Shown: positions 35,657 through 45,574, counted from the stretch's first letter. The stretch: 64,000 bases of DNA from Solobacterium sp. (GCA_022776215.1 JALFIR010000017.1:5836-69835); one strand, 5' to 3'. Numbers and translations are program-made. Notes: generated by a model from the letters alone, not told the origin.

Positions 35657-38479
35657 ATGGCAAATGAAAATATTGTGATAAAAGGGGCACGTGTTAATAA
35701 TCTAAAGAATATAGATATAACACTTCCTAGAAATAAGTTGATTGTAATGACTGGTTTATCAGGTTCTGGTAAGACTTCATTGGCTTTTGATACGATTTAT
35801 GCAGAAGGACAAAGAAGATATGTGGAGTCTTTATCATCATACGCAAGACAATTCTTGGGTGGGGTTGAGAAGCCTGATGTGGATTTGATAGAAGGTTTAT
35901 CACCATCAATTGCGATTGATCAAAAGACTACTTCTAATAATCCAAGGTCTACTGTTGGTACAATTACGGAAATCTATGATTATTTAAGACTCTTGTATGC
36001 AAGATGTGGAGAAAGCTATTGTCCTAATCATCATGTTTTGATTAAGGCAATGTCTACAAGCAAGATGGTGGAAAAGGTGATGGAATATCCATTATCTAGT
36101 AGAATTGAAATCTTGGCTAATGTGGTGACTAATCGTAAGGGTACTTTTAAGGACTTGTTTGAGAAGTTAAAGAATGAGGGTTTCTTAAGATTGTATGTTG
36201 ATAATGAATTAAGAAACTTGGATGAAGATATTGTCTTGGATAAGAATAAGCGACATGATATCGATGTAGTGGTTGATAGAATTGTTGTTAAGGAGAATAT
36301 TGAGACTAGATTAAATGATTCGATTGAATTAGCTTTAAAGTTAGCTGATGGTACTTGCATCATTAAGTGTGGTGATAAGAGAGAATTATTATCAAGTAAT
36401 TATGCTTGTCCTGATTGTGGTTTTACAGTGCCTAAGCTGGAGCCTAGACTTTTCTCATTTAATTCACCGCTTGGTGCTTGCGATATGTGTAAGGGTTTGG
36501 GCATTGTGACTGAGGTGGATGTTGACTATTTGATTCCTGATAAGTCTAAGAGCATTAATGAAGGTGGTATTCGTTATTATAAGAATATTGTGGATACACC
36601 TAATCTTGAGTGGCAAAACTTTAATGCGTTATTGAAGGCTTATAAGATTGACAAGGATAAGCCTCTTGGTGATTTTACTAAGAAGGAAATGGAGATCATC
36701 TTATATGGTTCTGATAAGCCTATTAAGTATGATGTAGTGTCAAGTGGCGGGACTAAGTATTCTAAGAATGATTATATTGAAGGCGTTAAGTCTTTGATTG
36801 AAAGAAGATATGTGGAGACTACTTCTAAGATGTCAAAGGAATGGTATTTCTCTTATATGGCTGAGTCTATTTGTCCTAAGTGTCATGGCGCTCGTTTAAA
36901 TGATGCGGTTTTGTCAGTTAGAATCAATGGCTTAAATATCTATGAGTTTACGAAAATGGCTATTGTGGATGCTTATGACTTTGTGTCTAATTTAAAATTA
37001 AGCAAGTCACAGATGGAAATAGCTAGATTGCTGTTGGTGGAACTTAAGTCAAGATTGAAGTTTTTGATTGATGTAGGTCTTGATTATTTAACACTAGATC
37101 GTATTGCCGGTTCTTTATCGGGTGGTGAGGCTCAAAGAATTCGTTTGGCAACCCAAATTGGTTCTAGTTTGACAGGTGTCTTGTATGTCTTGGATGAACC
37201 TTCTATTGGTTTGCATCAAAGGGATAATGATAAGCTTATCGCTACACTTAAGCGTATGAGAGACTTGGGTAATACGGTTATTGTGGTTGAACATGATGAT
37301 GAGACGATGATGGCTGCTGATTATATTGTGGATATTGGTCCTGGTGCTGGTAAGGATGGTGGTGAGGTGATGTTCTTTGGAACTCCTGAAGAGATTCTTA
37401 CTTCTGATAAATCTTTGACTGGTATGTATCTAAGTGGCCGTAAGAAGATTAATGTGCCTGCTACTAGAAGAAAAGGTAATGGCAAGGCTATTAAGGTCTT
37501 TGGAGCAAGTGAACATAATCTTAAGAATATTGATGTTACTTTCCCACTAGGCAAGTTTATTTGCGTTACTGGTGTTAGTGGTTCTGGTAAGTCAACGCTT
37601 GTTAATGAGATATTGACTAAGGGAGTTCAAAAGTCTTTGGATAGGGTGAGAATTAAGCCTGGTGCTCATAAAAAGATTACTGGCTTGGATAATATCGATA
37701 AGATTGTTTCTATTTCTCAAGATCCAATTGGCAGAACACCACGTTCTAATCCAGCTACTTATACCGGTGTGTTTGATGATATTAGAGATTTGTTTGCGTC
37801 TTGTCCTGATGCAAAGGAAAGGGGCTATGATAAGGGCCGTTTCTCTTTCAATGTAGCAAGTGGTAGATGTGAATGTTGTCAGGGCGATGGTGTAAAGAAG
37901 ATTAGCATGTTATTTGTGCCAGATGTTTATGTTGAATGTGAGGAGTGTCATGGTAAGCGTTACAATAAGGAGACTTTAGAGGTTTACTATAAGGGTAAGA
38001 ATATCTATGATGTCTTGAAGATGTCGGTTAAGGAAGCTTTACAGTTTTTTAAGAATCATCCTAAGATTAAGAATAAGTTACAAACTTTATATGATGTAGG
38101 TTTGGGTTATATTGAACTAGGACAAAGCGCAACTACTTTATCAGGTGGTGAGGCACAACGTGTTAAGCTAGCTAGTGAACTTTCTAAGAAGGCTACTGGT
38201 AAGACTTTGTATGTTTTGGATGAGCCTACTACTGGTTTGCATATGGAGGATGTTGCTAAGCTTATTAAGATTATTGATCGTATTGTGGATAATGGTGATA
38301 CGGTTGTGGTTATTGAACATAATCTTGATGTGATTAAGTGTGCAGACTATATAATTGATTTAGGTAAGGAAGGTGGAGCCAAGGGTGGTGAATTGCTGGT
38401 TTCTGGTACGCCTGAGGAAGTTTGTGAGTGTAAGGATAGCTATACAGGTATCTATTTAAAGAAAGTGTTGGGTATATAA
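35657..38479 (+). CDS. uvrA: Excinuclease ABC subunit A
   Basis: Two ABC modules (GLSGSGKTS, GVSGSGKST; LSGGEAQR twice) and zinc-finger Cys clusters; 940 aa. Confidence 0.97.
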   Translation: MANENIVIKGARVNNLKNIDITLPRNKLIVMTGLSGSGKTSLAFDTIYAEGQRRYVESLSSYARQFLGGVEKPDVDLIEGLSPSIAIDQKTTSNNPRSTVGTITEIYDYLRLLYARCGESYCPNHHVLIKAMSTSKMVEKVMEYPLSSRIEILANVVTNRKGTFKDLFEKLKNEGFLRLYVDNELRNLDEDIVLDKNKRHDIDVVVDRIVVKENIETRLNDSIELALKLADGTCIIKCGDKRELLSSNYACPDCGFTVPKLEPRLFSFNSPLGACDMCKGLGIVTEVDVDYLIPDKSKSINEGGIRYYKNIVDTPNLEWQNFNALLKAYKIDKDKPLGDFTKKEMEIILYGSDKPIKYDVVSSGGTKYSKNDYIEGVKSLIERRYVETTSKMSKEWYFSYMAESICPKCHGARLNDAVLSVRINGLNIYEFTKMAIVDAYDFVSNLKLSKSQMEIARLLLVELKSRLKFLIDVGLDYLTLDRIAGSLSGGEAQRIRLATQIGSSLTGVLYVLDEPSIGLHQRDNDKLIATLKRMRDLGNTVIVVEHDDETMMAADYIVDIGPGAGKDGGEVMFFGTPEEILTSDKSLTGMYLSGRKKINVPATRRKGNGKAIKVFGASEHNLKNIDVTFPLGKFICVTGVSGSGKSTLVNEILTKGVQKSLDRVRIKPGAHKKITGLDNIDKIVSISQDPIGRTPRSNPATYTGVFDDIRDLFASCPDAKERGYDKGRFSFNVASGRCECCQGDGVKKISMLFVPDVYVECEECHGKRYNKETLEVYYKGKNIYDVLKMSVKEALQFFKNHPKIKNKLQTLYDVGLGYIELGQSATTLSGGEAQRVKLASELSKKATGKTLYVLDEPTTGLHMEDVAKLIKIIDRIVDNGDTVVVIEHNLDVIKCADYIIDLGKEGGAKGGELLVSGTPEEVCECKDSYTGIYLKKVLGI

Positions 38480-39420
38480 TGGCTGATTTAAATAAGAAGG
38501 TAGAAGTTAGGAAGATTAAGGAATTCTTTAATCTTAATCAAGTATGTGGTAATGATGAGTCTTTAGATAGGTGGACGATTGCACCAGATATTAATAGACC
38601 TGGTTTGGAGTTGTCTGGTTATAAGGATGATTTTGAATTGAAGAGAGTGGTTATCATTGGTATTAAGGAACAAAATTATTTGAAGACCTTAGACTATGAT
38701 ACCCAGCTTGATCGTTTTGATTTTTTAACTGATGCATATACACCATGCATTATTGTGACTAATGGTTTTAAGACACCTGCTGCTTTGTTGGAAGTAGCTA
38801 CTAGGAAGAATTTCCCAGTGTTTGAGTTTCCTGGTATGACTTATGAGTTGTCTACTGATTTGATTTCTTTCTTGTCTAGTCGTTTGGCTGAGTCTGATGT
38901 GGTATTTGCGGGTTTAATGTCAATTTATGGCATTGGTGTCATGATTATGGGTGATAGTGGCATTGGTAAGTCGGAACTTGAGATGGATTTGATTAAGAGG
39001 GGTCATATTTTTGTGGCTGATGATTTGGTTGAGGTTTCTAAGGTTAATAAGACTATCTATGGTACAGCTCCTAAGAATCTGAAGAGAATGTTGGAGGTTA
39101 GGGGAATCGGTATCGTTAATGTAAATATCATGTTTGGTGGTCATTGTTTCCTTGAGAAGTGTCATGTTGATTTTGTGATTAAGTTGGTTAATAGGGATCA
39201 ATATTTAAGGTCTAATTGTGATAGATTGAATCCGAATGAGAAGACAATTAATCTTTTGGGTATTGAGAAGAATTTGTTGGAGATTCCAGTTACTGAGGGT
39301 AAGTCCATGTCAACTATTGTAGAGACGGCTGTTACTAACTATATTATGAAGAAACAGGGTGTTGATACAAACGAAGAGTTTAAGAATGCAATCTTTAATG
39401 AGATTTTAGATAAGAGGTAG
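38479..39420 (+). CDS. hprK: HPr kinase/phosphorylase
   Basis: GDSGIGKSE P-loop and LEVRGIG. Confidence 0.95.
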   Translation: MADLNKKVEVRKIKEFFNLNQVCGNDESLDRWTIAPDINRPGLELSGYKDDFELKRVVIIGIKEQNYLKTLDYDTQLDRFDFLTDAYTPCIIVTNGFKTPAALLEVATRKNFPVFEFPGMTYELSTDLISFLSSRLAESDVVFAGLMSIYGIGVMIMGDSGIGKSELEMDLIKRGHIFVADDLVEVSKVNKTIYGTAPKNLKRMLEVRGIGIVNVNIMFGGHCFLEKCHVDFVIKLVNRDQYLRSNCDRLNPNEKTINLLGIEKNLLEIPVTEGKSMSTIVETAVTNYIMKKQGVDTNEEFKNAIFNEILDKR

Positions 39421-39423
39421 AAT

Positions 39424-40878
39424 ATGCAGTTTTTTCCAAGTCGTACAACTTTTTTAGCGATTGGTAATGTGACGATACAGTGGTATGCTGTTTTAATTGT
39501 TTCGGGAGCTTTCTTGGCTTATTATTTCGCTAAGAGAAATTTAAGAGAATATCGTAATATTGATGTGAATGATTTTTTTGATACTTTGTTTATAACTATT
39601 TTATGGACTGGTATCATTGGGGCTAGACTTTGGTATTGTGTCTTTAATAATTTTAGTTTTTATTTTAGCCATCCTATTAATATTATTCGTATCTGGGACG
39701 GTGGTTTGGCTTTCCATGGCGGTTTTGTCTTTGGCTTAATTGCGGCAATTATGGTTTGTAGGAAGTATAATGCACCTTTTATTAAGGTGGCTGATTCTGT
39801 TGTTCCTACTGTTTTATTGGCTCAGGGTATTGGTAGATGGGGCAATTTTGTCAATCAAGAGTGTCATGGAGTTGAGGTTAGTGAGTCTTATTTTGATGGT
39901 ATTCTATTCTTTTTAAAGGATGGTATGCATATAAATGGTCATTATTATGTACCTTCTTTCTTTTATGAGTCAGTTTTGTGTATCTTGGGTTTTATTTTGA
40001 TTAACTTTGTTTTGCGTAAAACAGCTACTAAAAGAGGTCAATTAACCGGTGCCTATTTGATTTGGTATGGTATTGTAAGATTCTTTATTGAGGCTGGAAG
40101 AACCGATTCATTATTTATGGGCAGTTTAAAAACGGCTCAGGTGACTTCGATTTTATTCGTGATAGCTGGTTTATTGTTGTATCTGGGCTTGTATGATCGT
40201 ATCTTTTATAAGAAGCCAACTATTGTGTTTGATTTAGATGGTACTATTCAGGATTCTACAGAGGCGATTATTAAGTCTTATAAGGCTACTTTTAAGAAGT
40301 ATGGTAATGAGAATGATTTTACTGCCGATAAGCAAGTTGAGGTTTTGGGTCCACCTTTGAATGATATGTTTAAGAAGTATTTTCCTGATTTGAATACTGA
40401 TGAGCTTGTTGATTATTATCGTAGTGTTAATAAGGAAGAATTGAAGAAGTCTTTAAAGCCGATGCCTAATGCCTTAGATGTTTTAAAGAAGCTTAAGGAT
40501 GATGGTTATCATTTGGCTATTCTTACAACACGTACTAAACCTTCTGTTGATGAGTGCTTAAAGATTTGTGGTTTTGATGGCTTGTTTGATGTGGTCTTGT
40601 CTTTTGAGGATGTAAGTGCTACTAAGCCAGATCCTGAGGGTTTGTTTATTATTACTAAGAAGTATAAATTGAATAGTGCAGATCTTATTATGGTTGGTGA
40701 TTCTAAGGCTGATGTCTTGGCTGGCAAGGCTTTTGGGGCTTATACGGTGGCTTATATTAATAATGAGGCGAAGGCTAAGGAAGTTAAGGCTTTAAGTCCT
40801 AATGCTTGTGTTGATAATTTAATTGAGCTTTTAGATATTTTAAAGAATAATCATTATTTTACTTATAATGGCAAATAG
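39424..40878 (+). CDS. lgt: Prolipoprotein diacylglyceryl transferase fused to a HAD phosphatase (PpaX-like) domain
   Basis: Lgt core (GGLAFHGG, GIGRWGNFVNQE) to about aa 255, followed by HAD motifs VFDLDGTIQDS and GDSKADVLAGKAFG. Confidence 0.9.
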   Translation: MQFFPSRTTFLAIGNVTIQWYAVLIVSGAFLAYYFAKRNLREYRNIDVNDFFDTLFITILWTGIIGARLWYCVFNNFSFYFSHPINIIRIWDGGLAFHGGFVFGLIAAIMVCRKYNAPFIKVADSVVPTVLLAQGIGRWGNFVNQECHGVEVSESYFDGILFFLKDGMHINGHYYVPSFFYESVLCILGFILINFVLRKTATKRGQLTGAYLIWYGIVRFFIEAGRTDSLFMGSLKTAQVTSILFVIAGLLLYLGLYDRIFYKKPTIVFDLDGTIQDSTEAIIKSYKATFKKYGNENDFTADKQVEVLGPPLNDMFKKYFPDLNTDELVDYYRSVNKEELKKSLKPMPNALDVLKKLKDDGYHLAILTTRTKPSVDECLKICGFDGLFDVVLSFEDVSATKPDPEGLFIITKKYKLNSADLIMVGDSKADVLAGKAFGAYTVAYINNEAKAKEVKALSPNACVDNLIELLDILKNNHYFTYNGK

Positions 40879-40885
40879 TTTAATT

Positions 40886-40911
40886 GAATGTGCTTTATGG
40901 CACATTCTTTT
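40886..40911 (+). terminator. Intrinsic terminator after lgt
   Basis: GAATGTGC (40886-40893) pairs with GCACATTC (40900-40907), followed by TTTT. Confidence 0.65.
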
Positions 40912-40943
40912 ATATAATTGTTAAAGATAAACAGGAGGAAATT

Positions 40944-41561
40944 ATGTTAACTGTATTTGATCATCCATTGATTACACATAAGTTGGCTTTGATGAGAGAT
41001 AAGGCAACTTCAACTAAGGATTTTGCACAACAATTAAGTGAAATCGCATCTCTAATGGCTTTTGAAGTATCTAGAGATTTACCTACACAACCTAAGGATG
41101 TTGAGACACCTATGGGTATTTGTCATACCACTGAGCTTGCTAAGGATGTCGTGTTGGTTCCAATTCTAAGAGCTGGTTTGGGTATGGTTGATGGTATCAG
41201 AGATTTAATCCCTACCGCAAAGGTTGGTTTCTTAGGTCTATATCGTAATGAAGAGACTTTAGAGCCAGTTGAGTATTTCGCTAAGTTCCCTAAGATGGAT
41301 GATGCGAATGTTATGGTTTTAGATCCAATGTTGGCTACAGGTGGTAGTGCTATTGCGGCTCTTGATATCGTTAAGAAAAGAGGGGCTAAGAATATTAAGC
41401 TTGTATGTCTTGTTGGGGCACCTGAGGGTGTTAAGGCTGTTGAGGCTGCTCATCCTGATGTAGATATTTATTTGGCTGCACTTGATGAAAAATTAAATGA
41501 AATCGGATATATCGTTCCAGGTCTTGGTGATGCTGGTGATAGAATCTTCGGTACTAAATAA
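40944..41561 (+). CDS. upp: Uracil phosphoribosyltransferase
   Basis: [14 protein letters not shown] and [11 protein letters not shown]. The start was trimmed to the ATG after CAGGAGGAAATT. Confidence 0.95.
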   Translation: MLTVFDHPLITHKLALMRDKATSTKDFAQQLSEIASLMAFEVSRDLPTQPKDVETPMGICHTTELAKDVVLVPILRAGLGMVDGIRDLIPTAKVGFLGLYRNEETLEPVEYFAKFPKMDDANVMVLDPMLATGGSAIAALDIVKKRGAKNIKLVCLVGAPEGVKAVEAAHPDVDIYLAALDEKLNEIGYIVPGLGDAGDRIFGTK

Positions 41562-41563
41562 TT

Positions 41564-41586
41564 AGACTTCATATTGAAGTCTTTTT
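41564..41586 (+). terminator. Intrinsic terminator after upp
   Basis: AGACTTCA (41564-41571) pairs with TGAAGTCT (41575-41582), followed by a T-run. Confidence 0.8.
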
Positions 41587-41606
41587 ATTTCGTCTTGTTT
41601 ATGTTA

Positions 41607-41660
41607 ATATTTAATTGAAATACGGCAATTTTATCGAATCGCCGTATTTCAATTAAATAT
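41607..41660 (+). promoter_or_regulatory. Perfect 20-bp inverted repeat overlapping the abiEi start codon
   Basis: ATATTTAATTGAAATACGGC (41607-41626), a 14-nt spacer, then GCCGTATTTCAATTAAATAT (41641-41660). The ATG is at 41659. Confidence 0.8.
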
Positions 41661-42243
41661 GAAAGACTATGAATTGAATTGTGAACAACTTTTTATTTCT
41701 AATGAACAACTCAAGGAAGTTGGTTTTTCGCAATATAAGATTAATAATTTGGTTAATGATGGTTTTATAGAAAAGATTAATCGTAAATATTATGAGAATC
41801 TTCATTATGATGGTGAGGATTTTGATTTCTATTATGTCCATCCATATATTCCTAGTGGTGTGATTTGTCTTATGAGTGCTGCAACTTTTTATGGACTAAC
41901 AACTTATATTCCAGATGTTGTTGATGTTGCCGTGTATAGAAAAACAAAGGTTAATGAATTGCCTGAGTATCCTGATGTGAGGTTGTATTATTTTTCTAAG
42001 GAAAGATATGAACTTGGTATTAAGGAGATTAATGAGAATGGGAATGTTTTTAAAATATATGATGTGGAAAAAACAGTAGTCGATATAATTTCTTATCGAG
42101 AAAAAGTAGGCATTGAGGAAACAAAAAAAGTATTGAGAAATTATCTAAAGAGAAATGATAGGAATATAAATAAAATTATTAATTATGCAGAGAAGGTAAA
42201 ATGTGATAAGGTGCTTAAAACTTATTTGGAAGTCTTGTTGTAA
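41659..42243 (+). CDS. AbiEi-family (type IV TA antitoxin-like) protein, no cognate AbiEii
   Basis: N-terminal wHTH-like FISNEQLKEVGFSQYKINNLVNDGFIEKINRKYY and C-terminal ...YDVEKTVVDIISY..., as in AbiEi_4-type proteins. Confidence 0.65.
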   Translation: MKDYELNCEQLFISNEQLKEVGFSQYKINNLVNDGFIEKINRKYYENLHYDGEDFDFYYVHPYIPSGVICLMSAATFYGLTTYIPDVVDVAVYRKTKVNELPEYPDVRLYYFSKERYELGIKEINENGNVFKIYDVEKTVVDIISYREKVGIEETKKVLRNYLKRNDRNINKIINYAEKVKCDKVLKTYLEVLL

Positions 42244-42289
42244 ATAAAACCCTTAGATTTTATATCAACCAAGGGTTAAAATACAATTT

Positions 42290-42580
42290 TTATTGAATTC
42301 TTTGTTTAGGAATAAATTCTATTTTAAGAACCATGCCCATACCATCAGCTAATCTCTTTAGCAGATTAAGAGATGGGTTTCTGGTTCCGTTTTCGATTTT
42401 GCTGATATCGGCTTGATTAATGCCTGTTCTTTCAGCTAGTTCTTTTTGTGTTAAATTTTGTGAAGCTCTTGCATCAACAATTGCCCTGATAACATCCATT
42501 TCGGGTTGAATAGCTTCGTATTCCTTTCTAAACTCTTCATCTTTTAATTGCTTTTCAAGCATATCATTAAAGCTTCTCAT
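42290..42580 (-). CDS. XRE-family HTH antitoxin (HigA-like)
   Basis: LTQKELAERTGINQADISKIENGTRNPSLNLLKRLA. Overlaps the upstream toxin gene by 14 nt. Confidence 0.8.
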   Translation of the reverse strand: MRSFNDMLEKQLKDEEFRKEYEAIQPEMDVIRAIVDARASQNLTQKELAERTGINQADISKIENGTRNPSLNLLKRLADGMGMVLKIEFIPKQRIQ

Positions 42581-42941
42581 GTTTTTTCGTCCTTTCTATA
42601 AAATTTTTTCTTCTTTGTTTTGCTAACTTTAGTTCGCTTGGCGGAGTTTTCTGTGTCTTTTTTACAAAACCATTTGTTAGAATAATTTGACCTTCATAAT
42701 AGAAGAAATATAATACTCTTGTAATATCATTTCCAACTTTACATCTAAGTTCGAAAATACCATCATCAAGATGTTTACTATATGGTTCTCTTAGTTTGTT
42801 TCCTTTTTCTTGAAGCAATTCAATCATTCCAAACATTTTAGCTCTCATCTTAATATCCAATGAATCTAAGAATTTTTCTACTGGTACTTCTCCGTTTTCT
42901 TTCTCATAACCTAACACCTTAAAATTTAATGTTCTCTTCAT
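42567..42941 (-). CDS. RelE/ParE-superfamily toxin (phage Gp49/HigB-like)
   Basis: VPVEKFLDSL...IFELRCKVGNDITRVLYFFYYEGQIILTNGFVKKTQKTP is typical of Gp49-type toxins. The start was trimmed to MKRTLNF. Confidence 0.75.
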   Translation of the reverse strand: MKRTLNFKVLGYEKENGEVPVEKFLDSLDIKMRAKMFGMIELLQEKGNKLREPYSKHLDDGIFELRCKVGNDITRVLYFFYYEGQIILTNGFVKKTQKTPPSELKLAKQRRKNFIERTKKHEKL

Positions 42942-42950
42942 CTTGCTTAT

Positions 42951-42979
42951 ATTATATGGTATATATACCATATTGTCAA
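42951..42979 (-). promoter_or_regulatory. Consensus promoter TTGACA-17-TATAAT with a 14-bp palindrome in the spacer, 9 nt upstream of the toxin ATG
   Basis: On the minus strand: TTGACA (42979-42974), spacer containing TGGTATATATACCA (42957-42970), TATAAT (42956-42951), ATG at 42941. Confidence 0.7.
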
Positions 42980-42986
42980 TTTTAAA

Positions 42987-43008
42987 GAAGTGCCTATTTA
43001 AGCACTTC
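42987..43008 (-). terminator. Hairpin at the 3' end of the M19 dipeptidase gene
   Basis: GAAGTGC (42987-42993) pairs with GCACTTC (43002-43008). T-rich downstream on the minus strand. Confidence 0.45.
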
Positions 43009-43947
43009 CTTGTATACTCTTAATACATTCTTATAACAAATCTTTTCTATTTCTTCTTCTGAGTAATCGTGTTCTCTTAAAGCATCTATTAACATATACA
43101 TTTGGGAACAGTCACTCATTTCTTTTCTTTTCTTGATGCCATCAAAGTCACTGCCTAGGCCAATGTTGTCGATGCAACCTAGTTCTTTGATGTGGTCAAT
43201 GTGTTTGATGATGTTTTCAACACTACCATTACTGTCGTTACTGATGAAGTCTTCACAAAAGTTCATGCCCATTACACCATTGTTTTTGTGTAGTTTTAGG
43301 ATCATTTCATCGCTTAGGTTGCGAGCAACATCACAAATGGCTCTTGCGTTAGAGTGTGATGCTACTATTGGTTTTGTTGAAAGTTCAAGTACATCTTCAA
43401 AGCCTTTGTCTCCTAAATGAGATACATCGATGATGATGCCAAGTTCGTTACATTTCTTGATATATTCTTTGCCAAAATCAGTTAGACCATCAATTGTGTT
43501 TAATGTTCTTAACATTTGATAACGATCAGGATTTGGGGTAAAGTTTGGACTTCCGATACTGTTTTTAAAGTTCCAAGTAAGGGCAATCATTCTAACACCT
43601 AATCGATAATATAGTTCTAGGATGTCTAGATCATTGTTGATGACATCTCCTTCTTCAAGTGTTAACATGGCTGACATTAGTTTGTTTTCTTCAATGTCTT
43701 TGTATGAAAATACTTGTTTAATTAAGTCTTTATTAGCTTCTATTTCTTTATAGAACTTATTAATGTTCTTTAATACGTAGGGTACTCTATCTTTTACTTT
43801 GTCATAGTTTGTGAAGATGGCGAAGTTTTGTAGAAGATAGTTACTTTGTTTCATTTTGATTAGGTCAATGTCTAAATCGTTGTTTCTTAGATGAGTATTT
43901 TCATCTAGTGATAAGAGTGTGTCACAGTGCATGTCTACTATATACAT
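42994..43947 (-). CDS. Membrane (M19 family) dipeptidase
   Basis: MYIVDMHCDTL and VSHLGD...ASHSNA motifs. The start was trimmed to the ATG after AAAAGGAGTA. Confidence 0.85.
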   Translation of the reverse strand: MYIVDMHCDTLLSLDENTHLRNNDLDIDLIKMKQSNYLLQNFAIFTNYDKVKDRVPYVLKNINKFYKEIEANKDLIKQVFSYKDIEENKLMSAMLTLEEGDVINNDLDILELYYRLGVRMIALTWNFKNSIGSPNFTPNPDRYQMLRTLNTIDGLTDFGKEYIKKCNELGIIIDVSHLGDKGFEDVLELSTKPIVASHSNARAICDVARNLSDEMILKLHKNNGVMGMNFCEDFISNDSNGSVENIIKHIDHIKELGCIDNIGLGSDFDGIKKRKEMSDCSQMYMLIDALREHDYSEEEIEKICYKNVLRVYKEVLK

Positions 43948-44008
43948 AATTGGTACTCCTTTTTTATGATTATATGATAATATTTTAGATGGAAAGAGGG
44001 TAAAAAAG

Positions 44009-45574
44009 ATGAATAAAAAACCTGTTGTTCTAGTTGTTATGGATGGTGTTGGTGAGAGCGATAACACAAAGGGTAATGCTGTTGCTAATGCTTATACTCC
44101 TACATTAGATTATTTAAAGGCTAATAGTCCTTGGACTAAGATTAAGGCTCATGGTACAGCTGTAGGTCTACCTAGTGATGATGATATGGGTAACTCTGAG
44201 GTTGGTCATAATGCGATTGGTTGTGGTCAAGTTTATTCGCAGGGTGCTAAGCTTGTTAATGAGTCAATTGAGAGTGGTTCAATTTATCAAAGCGAGACTT
44301 GGAAGAAGTTAATCGAGAATGCTAAGGGTCATACTTTACATTTCTTAGGTTTACTTTCTGATGGTAATGTTCACTCAAATATCAAGCATGTTAAGGCTAT
44401 GATTACTGAGGCTAAGAAAGAGGGAATAAATCGCGTTAGAGTTCATTGCTTAATGGATGGTAGAGATGTTCCTGATGCTAGTGGTCTTATTTATATTAAT
44501 GATTTAGAAGAACATATGGCTTCTTTGAATGATGACACATTTGATGCAAAGATTGCTTCAGGTGGTGGCAGAATGTATATCACAATGGACCGTTATGAGG
44601 CTGATTGGGATATGGTTAGAAGAGGTTGGGATGTTCATGTTGCTGGTATTGGTAGAAAGTTTAATAGTGCTACAGAGGCTATTGAGACTTATCGTCAAGA
44701 AGGCGGTTATGATGACCAAAATCTTCCTGAGTTTGTTATTTGTGAAAATGATGTACCAGTAGGTACTATCGAGGATCATGATTCAGTTATTTTCTTCAAT
44801 TTCAGAGGTGATAGAGCTCTAGAAATTTCTCGTGCATTTGATAATAATGGTTACAAGTTCACTAAGAGCAAGGAAGTTGATGTAATGTATGCTGGTATGC
44901 TTGAATATGATGGCGACTTACATATTCCTACAAATTATTTAGTTAATCCACCTGAGATTAAGGATACAATGTCAGAATATTTTGTTAAGTATGGTGTTCC
45001 TACTTATGCAATTTCTGAGACTCAAAAGTTTGGCCATGTTACTTATTTCTGGAATGGCAATAGAAGTGAGAAGTTTGATGAGAACTTGGAAACTTGGGTT
45101 GAGATTAAGTCTGACTTATGTCCGTTTGATCAAAGACCTTGGATGAAGTCTTCTGATATTACTGATAAGCTTGTTGAGGCTATTGATTCTAAGAAGTATA
45201 CTTTCTTAAGAACTAATTATCCAAATGGTGATATGGTTGGTCATACTGGTGATTATGAAGCTACTATTATTGGTGTTGAGTCAGTTGACTTGAATCTAAG
45301 AAGAGTAATGGAGGCTTGTAAGCGCAATGATTGCATCCTTCTTGTTACTGCTGACCATGGTAATGCGGATGAAATGTATCAGAAACAAAAGAAGGAGACT
45401 GATCCACTTCAACCAAAGACTTCTCATACTTTAAATAAGGTTCCTTTCATTATCTATAATGCTGATGATGTAACTATTAAGGATGGAGAATATGGTTTAA
45501 GTAATATCGCAGCTACTGTCTTTAAACTATTAGGTTTAGAAGCTCCAAAGTGCTGGGATAAGCCAATGATTTAA
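44009..45574 (+). CDS. gpmI: 2,3-bisphosphoglycerate-independent phosphoglycerate mutase
   Basis: VVMDGVG, MGNSEVGH and TADHGNA motifs. Confidence 0.95.
   Translation: MNKKPVVLVVMDGVGESDNTKGNAVANAYTPTLDYLKANSPWTKIKAHGTAVGLPSDDDMGNSEVGHNAIGCGQVYSQGAKLVNESIESGSIYQSETWKKLIENAKGHTLHFLGLLSDGNVHSNIKHVKAMITEAKKEGINRVRVHCLMDGRDVPDASGLIYINDLEEHMASLNDDTFDAKIASGGGRMYITMDRYEADWDMVRRGWDVHVAGIGRKFNSATEAIETYRQEGGYDDQNLPEFVICENDVPVGTIEDHDSVIFFNFRGDRALEISRAFDNNGYKFTKSKEVDVMYAGMLEYDGDLHIPTNYLVNPPEIKDTMSEYFVKYGVPTYAISETQKFGHVTYFWNGNRSEKFDENLETWVEIKSDLCPFDQRPWMKSSDITDKLVEAIDSKKYTFLRTNYPNGDMVGHTGDYEATIIGVESVDLNLRRVMEACKRNDCILLVTADHGNADEMYQKQKKETDPLQPKTSHTLNKVPFIIYNADDVTIKDGEYGLSNIAATVFKLLGLEAPKCWDKPMI

Noticed and set aside
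41611-41622. An identical 12-mer TTAATTGAAATA in the abiEi inverted repeat (41611-41622) and just upstream of the Fic SD (52660-52671), considered as a shared operator.
   Set aside because: A single A/T-rich 12-mer match in 64 kb of AT-rich DNA is within chance expectation by my rough estimate. The flanking sequence does not extend the similarity.
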